Part shown: one piece after another, positions 11,031 to 23,000 of the stretch | Numbering within the stretch: position 1 is the stretch's first letter | How the letters are laid out: each line of letters begins with the position of its first letter | From: Macrostomum lignano | Lineage: Eukaryota | DNA length: 30,500 nucleotides | Reading direction: 5' to 3' | NCBI GenBank assembly: GCA_002269645.1 | Contig: NIVC01003450.1 | Coordinates: forward strand, 1 to 30,500 | The notes under the pieces: generated by a model | Seen by the model: only the letters and a program-made list of their open reading frames with translations | Databases searched by the model: none | What the model was told of the DNA's origin: nothing | Position numbers and translations under genes: made by a program

Positions 11031-14000
11031 CTGCGGGATTGAAAGACAGGCTCTGGTTGCAATGGAGAGACCTCTGAGTACAGAGGGAGAGACCGTCTCT
11101 GAGTACAGATTGAGGGACCATCTCTGAGTACAGATGGAGAGACCATCTCTGAGTACAGATAGAGAGACCGTCTCTGAGTACAGATGGAGAGACCATCTCT
11201 GAGTACAGAGGGAGAGACCGTCTCTGAGTACAAATTGAGGGACCATCTCCGAGTACAGATGGAGAGACCGTCTCTGAGTACTTGGCTCTCTCACTAATGA
11301 AAGCATTAGTAAAATTATTACGTCGATGGAGTGCTGAACCGCCTGTCTAACCGGGCTGCTCAAACTGATGGAGCCCACACTACCCGGCCGGCCAGCCTTG
11401 AGGAACAACTCGTACGTGATGTACTCTCCGGTTTGCTCATTCTCAAACCGAATACGCAGCTGGTACTGCGCCTCCCTGTAGCAGTACATGTGCAGCTTGT
11501 AGTCTCGCTTGGCGTCTCCGGGCACGTCGATATAGTCCAGGCCCTGGAACGTCGTGCCTGCGTCAATCCGGTCGGGCTTGAGAATATCTCGCGTCACCTT
11601 GAACCGCTGCGCTCTGGGCAACCAGTTCTGCACCGGCAGCACCTCGTAGTGCTCCATCTTGCAGGGAATCTCCTGCGTGATCTTCAACGGTCGAGGCTCC
11701 TCAGCCGTGCCAAGCAGATTGTACAGCAGGCCAGTGCCGTCGGGCAGCGCGAAGAACAATGTCCCGGTGTGCTTCTTGCCGTCCTGAGTCATCCGCAGAG
11801 GCCGGTAGGTCAAATCGTAGGTCTTCGTCTGTTGCGGCTCTACGACGAGGATGTCGGGACCGGACCAGAACTCGCCGTCGATCACTGGCCGCAGCTTCCA
11901 CTGCGTGTGCGAGTTGTTGAATATCTGGATCGGCTTTGTGTCCTTCTGGCGCACCTGGCAGACGAAGTGAGGCGTCTCGCGGACCGGCGTGGCCGGAGCG
12001 CTGGTGCCAGTCAAGGTGAGCTCAAGGTCCTTCCAGCCTTCGATGCGGCACTTGATGCCCTCGATGCGGATGTCCGCCTTTGGCTGCGTGGGCCTGCGAG
12101 TTTGAGGTTAGTTCGATATTAGTAGTCTGTGAGCAGCGGTTTAACACTATAAAGATCTATTAACGAATTAGACTGAAGAAATGAATAGAGTTAGAGTGAG
12201 GTGGGTATCTTCCTCCAACCAATAAGAATGGAGAATGAGGAAGGAAAGATCGGAGTGAGGTGGGTGTCTCCCTCCAACCAATAAGAGTGAAGAATGAGGA
12301 AGGAATGGATAGGAGTGAGGTAGGTGTCTCCCTTCAGCCAATAAGAGTGAGGATACAGAAAAAAGTGAGGTGAGGAGGTGTCCGGTAGAAATAATTGAAA
12401 ATGAAATGCAGATTGATCATTCAGATGGTAGGAACACAAATTAACCCCTAGAAAAGGGTTGGTTGGTCCGCTACCAATATTTACGCTCATGATGGCCAGC
12501 TCCCATTTGTAGATAAAGGATAAGGCTAAAGAGAGGGCCAATGATCAAGCGCGTCCAGTTTGAGTTCGGCACTCACTTAAACGTGACCTCGATAGTGACC
12601 TCGGCACCCGGACTCAGGTAGCCAGTCTCCGGCGCGATGGCGAAGTCCGGCTTGAGCTTGGCGGTGTCCCAGGCGAACCGGGCTCCGATGTCGCCGCAGT
12701 TGTACAAGATGAGGCTGCGCTTTGACTGGCTGCCAACCACCAGCTTTGGCGGCTCCTTGCCGGCCTCGGCGAAGCTCGGGCCGGGCGGCAGGAAGCTCAG
12801 CAGCTGCGAGCTCAGCCGGAAGTCGTGCGCCAGACAGGCGCCCCGGACGGCCAGCACGGGCAGCGGCGACAGCGCCCAGGCCTCGGCCAGGACCTCCTCG
12901 GTGAACTGCGCCACTCGGCAGGTCGGGCGGAAGGCGATCTCCACGTTCACCGTCTCCTGCGGGTTCAGCGTCACCAGGTCCTTCGGCTGCTTGATGTTAA
13001 GGCATCGGTGCCAGCCAGCTCCTTGCAGGCCGGGGACACTGCGAACCGGAGCGGCACCGGTGCCAGACCCCGGTTGGTCACCGGGATCACTTTCTTCACC
13101 AGCTCGCCGATCTTGGCGACGCCCAGGTGGACGAGTCGCTGTCGAGGGTTCACCGGCTCGATGCGCAGCTCGGAGCCGCGGCCGGCCAGCTGGACGCTCG
13201 ACTGGGTGAGGCCGTTCAGCTCGAAGGTCACCGTCTCCTCGTAGCGGACAGCCTCCCTGCGAGCGGAGAGGTGAGCGGTGTGGCGGTGACAGGAACTCTG
13301 AAGCTACTGACAAAGTTGAGAAGTGCGATAAAGAACGTTACTAAGCCTAAGATCACTGATCTCAATGACAGTGTGACAACCAACCTTGGCAGGAAGGTGA
13401 ACTTGCAGCTGGTCGACTGTCCCGGCTGCAGCAGGCAGGCCTTGAAGTCGTGCTGCAGCACCTGGCCAGGTGTGTACAGACAGTCAACCGTGACCGCCCG
13501 GCTGTCCAGATTGTGCACGAACAGCTGAGCAGTGGCCTGCTCCATCCCGGCCTGAAACACGAACCTCGGCCCGAAGTCGTGCCGCGCCGTGGCGCCGCTC
13601 TTCGCCGGGTCTTTCGTGCCGAAGGCGAAGCCGATTTTCGGCTCGGTGGAGGCGCCCAGCACCGCCACCTGGTAGGTCGGCCCATTCGGCACTGTCAGCA
13701 CCAGGAGGGATCCTTTAAGCTGCGAGCGCGACTTCGGCGCGAAGACCAGTTCGCAGATTTTTCTCTCGCCGAACGGCACGTTGGCTTCGGTTGGCGTCAC
13801 CGAGAGGCTGTCGGGCCGCTTGGTGCCGGGCGCGAAGTCCCAGGCGAAGCTGAGGTCGAACTTGCCCCTGTTCCAGACCACCAGACGGCGGCGGACCACC
13901 TCGTTGACCTCGACGGAGCCGAAGTCCAGCTGGGTGGGTGAGGGAGAATCCAAATGAGTGTCCTATGAGCTATGAGCTATGACCTAATGACCGATGACCG

Positions 14001-17000
14001 ATAACCGATGACCTAATGACCGATAACCGATGACCGAGGACCTATGACCCATGACCTATAAGCGATGACATATGACCGATAACCGATGACTTTTTATCAA
14101 TGACCGATGATCTATTACTTATAACCGATGACCTATGACCCATGACCTATTTAGTGTTTTATTATTTTGTTTGAACAAAAATTTTGTGTTTCGCCAATGT
14201 GAGACTTATAGTGAATGCTATCTGATCGAAACCTATTCAGATGCGTACTAACTGCGGCTAATTCTGCTTAACTCTGCTTAGCAATTCCAGAGTCATAATT
14301 AGCCACTTGGGTTTTCTCACCTGTCCCGGTGTTTTCTCGGACACCGGCAAGCTCTGCCCGCTCTCCGGATCTTCAATCAGCAGGTCGGCCTTCATGCAGT
14401 AGCCCTCGGCCTTGACATTCAAAGTCAGCGGCTCGGTCTTGTTCCGGACTTCGCAGCGGACATTGTAGTTGGCCGGCTTCTCCGAAGTCAGACAGAGCGT
14501 CATGGTGAGCGCCAGGCGGCCTCGCTTCGGCACCTGGCCGGACATTGGCTCCACCTTGAGAATGTTCGGGTGACCGGGACAGCGCAGCGAGTTCGGGTCG
14601 ATGTCGAACTGGAAGGCCTGGTCCTCCTCGTTGGTCATGTAGAATGTCTCCCTGGCGGTGAACTGCAGCAGCAGCGAGTTAAAGTTGTGGTGGCTGCGAT
14701 CGAACACCACCCGAGGCTCCTTGGTGCGGCCGACCACCAGGAAGGGCAGGCTGATGCCGTGCGCCGGCACGCTGAAGCACCAGAAGCTCTCGGAGACGCC
14801 GAGCTTCTTCGGCGTGTACTCGAAAGTGACCTCGGCACCGCGGCCGGGTTCGAGGTGACCGCGCGGTCTAGACAGAGGATGCCGTTGTCCTCCTTGACCC
14901 CGGAGCTGTCCTGGCACTCCCATTGGTAGTCGTAGCCCACGCTGGTCGGATTGACGATGTGGAACCTGCGCATGGCGCGGTTGTCCAGCCCGACGCTGTC
15001 GATTTCAACAACCCGAGTGTCCGGGTTGAGCTTGGCGCCTGGCGGGGCGCCGTTGGGTCCGGGGAGCTCCGGATTGCGCTTGGCGCCTGCGGGAGTTTTG
15101 AGTTTAGGCTCTGCTTCTCTGCTGCATTATGGCGATGAAAACGGTACCTAAGCCAAGAAGCATCCCAGAGTCACTTGAGTAGGGGTGTTCGGGTCGGCCA
15201 TTTTTTCGGGGTTCGGGTTTACCCCGAACCCGGTACCCCTACCCCGAACCCCGAACCCCGTCCCGAACATTTCTTCCAACCCCGAACCCCGAACCCGGTA
15301 CCAAAACCCGACCCGACCCCGAACGTAACCCCGAACATTTTCACGCTTATTTTGGTCAATCATTTTAATAAATTCAGTTTTCAGTTTTCAATTTTTCAGT
15401 TTTCAATTTTGAATTTCAGTTTTAAATTCAGTTTTATATATTGAGATGTGCCTTAACAGCTTCAACCACTTAGCCTTGTGGTTTTATTTCCCTTAGCTAC
15501 TCTACAACTAGGAAAAGAAATATGAAACACTTCTTGCAATGGGATTGGGATTGAGATGGAAGGATTACCAAGACCCAAGATCTAATAGTAAGATACATGA
15601 AAGTTCACAACTAAAATCAGGACCATTTCGTACCTATACTTACAACGAAATTGCTTTCATAGTAATATTACATCTATGAGTTTATTTAAGCTGCAAAAAT
15701 AGAGTACAATAAAATTAGATTCTACCCTGTAGTGCAGATATCAGAAGAGATAGAACTAGAGCGATAAAGAGATGGCACAGATAAAGCAATGATACAATGA
15801 AACAGGAGAGTTAATCACAAATATATATATATTTTTACTTTTGACTACAGTTAACAGTAAGTCAGTAGTGGTATAACAGAATTGCTTGTAAAAACTAAAG
15901 TGACGTCTTTACATAAAATTGTATGCTGATATGAGTAGGTAATCATTGTGATAATTGATTATTGGCGACTGATGCGTGGAGAATATTAGTGTATTTATAA
16001 ATTTTAAGCTTCCTCATCCAATCCAGAAGTTCAGACCATGTTACACGTAGCACATGTAAAATTATTACTGAACGTAATTTTTTAAATCATCAACTGCAAG
16101 ACTGAATGGGTCGAAAAACGACAATCGTTATTTACCAGAAAGTGTAAATGAATCCATGGTTCTATCTGCTATTTCCGTTTCAAATTGTATGTAAAATATA
16201 ACTTAAGTTGTACCTGAAACTCAATGCATATCTTTCGCATTGTGGATTTTGCATAAGGAGTAAAAAGTGCTTGAAAATACTTTTGAGAATGATAATTGTT
16301 CAAAACCCCGAAAACCCCGAAAACCCGGTGGCCAAACCCGACCCGAACCCCGAACCCGGTACCAAAACCCGACCCGAAACCCGACCCGACCCCGAACCCC
16401 GAACACCCCTACACTTGAGTCGCCCCAGAGTGGTTTCAGAGTCGTTGTAGGTAACACAGGTAAAATAGAAAAGAAGCGACTTTAGACGAGATATCACTGT
16501 ACGCTCGTACAAGTTGCCAAATAAGTCTTCAAGGAATCGCCTAAGAGTCAATTTGAGACGTTTTATTGTTTTTGCGATTTTGAAACGACTCTTGGGCGCT
16601 TCTATTATGACTCTGGGGTCGAGTCGCTGTAGAGGATCACTGAGTTGCGTCTAAAGCGCTTTAGCTTAAGCGCATCTGCGTCAGTTCATGAATTAGAATC
16701 GCATTTCGCATTTTTAACAACTCTATTTAGCCAACTTGAGTTAGTAGAAAGTGCAATGATAAGAAAACGTCTCTTGGAGGACTTTCTCGCGACTCCTTTA
16801 CAATTCTGCAGCTCACATGATGCGCTCGTGACTTAACAGTCGCCCCTCCGTTGCATTACAGTCGTTTGAGTCGTCAATAATTTGCAAGAGACGCATCAGA
16901 GCCGCTAGTTACTATTGTTGTTTGCGATGATTATTTTGCGATTGTTGTCACGCTGTCTTTCTCAACGGGTTTAGCGCCACACTTATGAGTAGACAAACTC

Positions 17001-20000
17001 TGACAAAATGTTCAATAGGATCTTCTATCGACGCTATTTTGTCTATCTGTTTCTCAGTTTGTAAATCTCTTTACGCTCGTAGCATATCCGTCTGTTCTCT
17101 GTCTATCATCTTTCTCCCTTCTTATTCAACAAGACCATATTACGACTTTTCTCCCACTTTAATCTCGTATCTCCCGAGAGCTCCTCAGTTACAAAAAACA
17201 CTAACCCGTCAGATAGTCGGACTGCGGCAGCTCGAAGTGGCAGAACGGCTGCACCGACCGGCCGCTGACGGTGACGCACGGCGCCGGCGAGGCCGCCGGT
17301 CCCTCCTCCAGGTTCGGCACCCGGCAGACCAGTCGGGCCCGAAAGTTGCCCAGAGCGAGCGGCGCGAAGGCGAGGGTAACGTCAACGGTTCGACCAACTG
17401 GCACGGTGCCCGACTCTGGCTCCACGGCGAATGGCAGCAGCGACTCCTCGCGATTGCTCTGCCTAGCCGACTGCGGTCTGGAGCCAGACGCCTGCTCAAC
17501 GTCCTCCATGACTACCTGCCAGGTGAAGGCAGCGGCCACTCGGCCAGTGTTGACCAACTGCACCTGGTGGAGTCGGCGTTGAAACAGCAGGGTGTCGCGG
17601 AACTGCACGGCCGACTCGGCTAGCGGCGCGAGTTTGCAGTGATCGGCCTTGGCCGAGACCAGCAGCTCCAGGCTGCGCTGGCTGTCCGGCAATTCTGAGT
17701 GCTCCGGCTCGGCCTCGACTTCCACCACCTTCTTCTTGCGACCGGCTGGTTGGGCCGGGTCGACTGGCAGCCAGCGCATGGTCCGCTTGGTGTCGTCCCA
17801 GTCAGCCGGCGGGTCCTCCTTGTAGGACACCTTGGCGAGCCGGCAGGCGACGGGCTGGGCTCGAATGTCCTGCGCCTGAGCGGCTCGGTAGGTGGCCGCG
17901 ATGGACTTGCTCTGTCCGGGGCGCAGGTGGCCCACGGTCGGCGAGAAGCTAGTCCCGGTTTCGCCGGTGGAGACGGGGAAAGCGAAGCGAACAGTGTCGG
18001 TCTGGGAGTGGTTGCACAGCTGGAAGGTCAGCGTCTTCGGCTCCGTCAGGTAGCAGTCGCCGAAGTGCAGGTGGTTGTGCTTGGCGGCTGCGAGAGAGGG
18101 AGATCAATGGAGGGTTCCAGTTGCATGAGGCTTGTTGTAGCCTAGGCTGGAGATCTTTAATATCCCTTGCTACTCGTAAAGGGATATTTGGCGTCCCATA
18201 CTGAGGATCTTCGAGGTCCCATACTGAGGATCTTTGGCGTTCCCATACTAAAGATATTTGAGGTCCCTGCATACTGAGGATCTTTGAGGTCCTATACTGA
18301 GGATCTTTGAGGTCCCATACTGAGGATCTTTGAGGTCCTATACTGAGGATCTTTGGCGTTCCCATACTGAGGATCTTTGAGGTCCTATACTGAGGATCTT
18401 TGGCGTTCCCATACTGAGGATCTTTGAGGTCCTATACTGAGGATCTTTGGCGTTCCCATACTGAGGATCTTTGAGGTCCCATACTGAGGATCTTTGAGGT
18501 CCCATACTGAGGATCTTTGAGGTCCCATACTGAGGATCTTTGAGGTCCCATACTGAGGATCTTTGAGGTCCCATACTGAGGATCTTTGAGGTCCCATACT
18601 GAGGATCTTTGAGGTCCCATACTGAGGATCTTTGAGGTCCCATACTGAGGATCTTTGAGGTCCCATACTGAGGATCTTTGAGGTCCTATACTGAGGATCT
18701 TTGAGGTCCTATACTGAGGATCTTTGGCGTTCCCATACTAAGGATATTTGAGGTCCCTGCATACTGAGGATCTTTGAGGTCCCATACTGAGGATCTCTGA
18801 GGTCCCATACTGAGGATCTTTGAGGTCCCTGCATACTGAGGATCTTTGAGGTCCCATACTGAGGATCTCTGAGGTCCCATACTGAGGATCTTTGAGGTCC
18901 CATACTGAGGATCTTTGAGATCCCATACTGAGGATCTTTGGTGTTTCATAATGAGGATCTTTGACAGTCAAATTGCACAAGCAATACGTAATACTTTTTT
19001 AAAAGCAAAAGCAGGCTGTTGTGTTACCAAAAGAAAAGTCAAGCGTACGTACGTAATTGCATATAGGGTAGGAAAGCAGTTTTAAAGTGCAAAGCAGAGG
19101 GCATTTCACCAGATGCTCAAGCTAGCATCAATAACAAAGAGCTTGGAAATAAAAAAGTTCTTTTTAGTCTCAAGGTTTTGAGGATTATGTAGATAACAGA
19201 AGTATTCTGTGAATACTGCCGCTATAAATCACAGATTCGATAGACACTACTGATGCTAACTATAAGTAGCTAGTTGCAAAATAAAAAACGCTACAATTTT
19301 TAGGAGATTCTACTAAACGCTACAAGGACTATTCCAATAGGCTTTCTAACTCATAGCTGTTTTTACCAAGCCCTTCCAATCGGCTAACACCGCCTCCAAT
19401 TCCGTCCCCAGCGCTTCCAGTGCTTCCACCGGAAGTAGCTCGCTGGCGCGACTTTTTAGCGCTGCCTGATTGGCCTGATGTGTTCTGCTGCTGCTGGTCT
19501 GAGCGAGAGCTGCGCCTTGGCGGGGCTTTGCTAGGGCTGGACAGAACTGCAAATTTTGCAGCGGTGCCGACAAGTTGACATGAAGGATGAGGCAAAGATG
19601 CTGGGGGAAATCCAGATACTATTCAAATGCCAATTTAGCCTCTTGCTTTAAGGAAGAAGCAATGTCGTGCAATTCGAGGCAAAGCGACAGAGAGAAAATT
19701 GCAACGTGTGAGTGTTTTGGTAGAACTATCTGTCCTAACAAATGGGCTAGCTGAGCAGCAACCTTAATGTACACTCAATGTACATTACACGAACGTTAAA
19801 CGTACATCTAATGTACACCACAGATACTAAAATCACTAAGTGGGCCACTTAGGCATATATACTTAGTAACACTGCTTTTTACTTTCAGTTCAGTAGCAAA
19901 GAAGAATACATAAGCTATTTTATAAAAATAAAAGCAGCTGAAATGACTGATAAGTTTAAGAAGTCCAAGCTTGCAGGCGTAAACAACTTGCTAAGCTTTT

Positions 20001-23000
20001 CAAACCCTTTCTTCGTGCGCACTCCCAAAGACTTGTCTGCTGGGTGGACTCGGTCCTAGCAACGTCCCTGATTCCACCTTTGGGTTGGCGGTGCCTTAGT
20101 CCATAGGCTTGGGTTAGTAGGCAGTTCACACCCAGCCCTAGCCAGGACGTTAGGGTCTAATTAGGGCCTAACCAACTAGTGGGTATCTCGGGCTTAGGCC
20201 CCTGGAAGTGCAGAGCCCCTCCCAGGGCTGATCCGCGGGTAGCTACAGCTCCCACCCCCGTTTAACAGTAAACAACTTGCTAATTGTTTCAGCAGTAATG
20301 TACATTTGCCAGTCCACTGAAATGTACATGGGCAGCTTTAGGCTGGAAGGCCGAAAAAGGCAATAAAAATTGGGGCGGGGTGAGGTTAGTGTGGAAAGGC
20401 GCGGTTGGATGGTTTAAGCTGTGGGTAAGAGCCAATAAAATGCAATAAAATGCTTCTGCTTAACTTTACTACTGAACTGAAAGTAGCTTACACGCAAATG
20501 TGCTGTGGCCAATCTAGTTATAATTTATACGAGTTATGTCTAGCCATTAGCATCTGAGATTTTCACTGAATTTAAAATTCAATACAGTCTGGCTTTCTGT
20601 CCAGTGCAATAAATTAAAGAATAAAAACTAGAAAAAATAGTTTCTGTTCAATGCTTGAATTGCAAATATGAAAAAAGAAATGCAAATAGGCAACAGATCT
20701 CTTAAAATGGGGAATGCGGATAAGGACAGGGCAGGAGGATGGGTTGTTTTTCAGCACAGCAGACGTGTGAGAGCAAACTGCAATAACCAAGACTTATTCT
20801 TGGTAGAATTTACCTTCCATGTCTTTGTTCTCCTCAGTTGAGCCGGCTATAAAAGTGCAATTTAAATTGTACTCAGTTTTTATTAATTTTGTAAAGGAAA
20901 GATTAGGCAAAATATTAGTTTCTACTTGTCTGTGCAGTCAGAACGGCAACCCAAATCTAAGCGAACACTGCGTGCAGGATTTTTCGCGAGAAAATATAAA
21001 TTTGGCGCTGATTTCCCATTTTACTACTATTTTGGTCAAAATTAGAAAGTAGGAGTTTTTGTTTTGTTTTCTAGCCATTGTTGCTTGAATTAAAATAACT
21101 GAAGAATTTCAATTTTATCCAAAATCCTCACCGTTCGGGGTCTCCTCGGTCTCCTCAGCCGGGGCCGCAGCGTTGGCCACCTCCTCCGCCAACTCCTGCT
21201 CCAGGTATTCGGTGGGCAGATTCTCAAATGTCACCTCGTCTTCGTAGCCTTCGCCGACCTGCCGGGGTAGGGGAGAGGTAAGATTGACATCTGAGATTGA
21301 CACTGGTTTTTAAATCCTACATAGACCACTCGGAAACTATGAAATGCAAATATTTTGTCTGTTTTAGTCTACTTTCAGCGTAGAGGGCGTGAATTATTGT
21401 CGGATTTTGAGATAACGCGTCAGCTATGTCGGTTTTTGCTATTCATAAATGGATGATGAGTTATGGAAATTTACAATTAGGAAAATCTTCTTTATAACCG
21501 TGTGATACTTGTCTGTCTATTGAACTCAGTCGAGGCAATATGTGAGACATTGTCAGCTTACCAGGTGTACCAGAGTATCCTCGTACTGATTGTCCACAAC
21601 GGCCACCTTGACCTGAGCTGTGGACCGTTGCACCTGGCGCGGCCGATAGACAGCCTCCAGCTCGGCCTCCTGGCCGGGCTCCAGCATCAGCGCGGCCGTG
21701 TGCGGATGGCGCGAGCCGCCTCCGGCTGCTGGGGGTGACACGAAAAAAATTAGATGCTTGCAGCCAATGGGAAACAAGAACGGGGTTAGGAAATACGGGG
21801 AGAGTGGGGTGGCTGCGAGACAGACTTGTTGTACGCAGTTGAGGGGTAAAAATTCTAGAAGCCAGCCAATCAGCTGTGTTTGGCGGATAGGAGATGGGTG
21901 GCTATGAATAGTTTAAAATTGAAACTCAATATCTTGCTAGCAACACATCCGGCTAGCAACACGTCCGGCTAGCAAAACATCCGGCTAGCAACACATCCGG
22001 CTAGCAACACATCCGGGTAGCAAGACACCCTTTTCCGACTCACTTTCTGTCGCTCCGTAGGTCATCAGCGCGCGAGTCTCGTCGGCGGCCGGCTCCAGCC
22101 GGAAGCAGCCATCCGGATCGGTCAGGTCCAGGTGCACCCTGGCCGGCAGGCTGCCGTCGTTGTACAGCGCCACCCGGAGTCGCTGCTCGCGGCCGACCAG
22201 CAGCTTGCGGAACAGACAGAGCGGCTGGCCGCGCTTGTTCCTCGCCGTCGGCCGAGTCACCGACACCCTCGGTAAGTTGCCCTCGCCGCTCAACTCGAAC
22301 GTCAGGCTGCGGCCCTTCGCCAGGCTCACCGGCCCGCTGATTGCCGCTTCGAACACAGCCGCGAAGGTGTGCATCGACGGCGGGCTGAAGTGCACGGTGA
22401 CGAAGGTGTGCCCGCTGGCCGGGATCTGCGCCTTAGTCGGCTCCAGCTCGAACATCTCCACGCCGGACCCGGAGGCTCCGCCGCTGCCGCCGCCAGCGGC
22501 TGACGACGACTTGCCGCCACCGCCGCCTCCGCCGCCTCCGCCGGCGCCTCGTTGAGAAACTTGGCGAAGCCCGAATGTGACGTCGACGTGGATTCTTGTC
22601 GGGTTGGACACGCGGAATCGAGCCGAGGACCGACAGCCGACCAGAACGCTGTTGAACACGAATCGGTTCTCCGCCTCTCCGTAGACCCCGCCGTGACCAG
22701 CCGGCGAGTAGGCATTGTACAGGCTGAGACTGCGGCACACGCGATGCTCCTCGAATATGCTGGCCCAATCGGTGGTGTTGATCACCGGGACGAAGGCCTC
22801 ACCAACCAGGCGGTAGCGAATGCCGCCGATGTTGTCTCTGCGGTAGGGTGAATAAGATATTTGTGAGGCTGGGGCACTCCCGTAGCTGGTAGATCTACGT
22901 AACGTATAACCTGTACTCAAAATACACTCCATTTCAAAGTCACCTCATCTCAAAGACCCATCTCTCCCTCAGCTCACCTGTCTATCGCCGGATCTCGATC

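Noticed and set aside
10221-12014. 597-aa ORF as a single intronless gene
   Set aside because: It is two HYDIN exons plus a stop-free intron, and its TTG start is an internal Leu codon.
11331-12122. 263-aa plus-strand ORF, and similar ones at 27858-28634, 12637-13209, 13450-13941 and 17699-18145
   Set aside because: Antisense shadows of GC-rich HYDIN exons; their limits track the exon limits.
20145-20170. Two TTAGGG hexamers in the 273-bp insert, suggesting a telomeric or telomerase-template sequence
   Set aside because: They are not tandem and give less than the 1.5-repeat template expected; compatible with chance.
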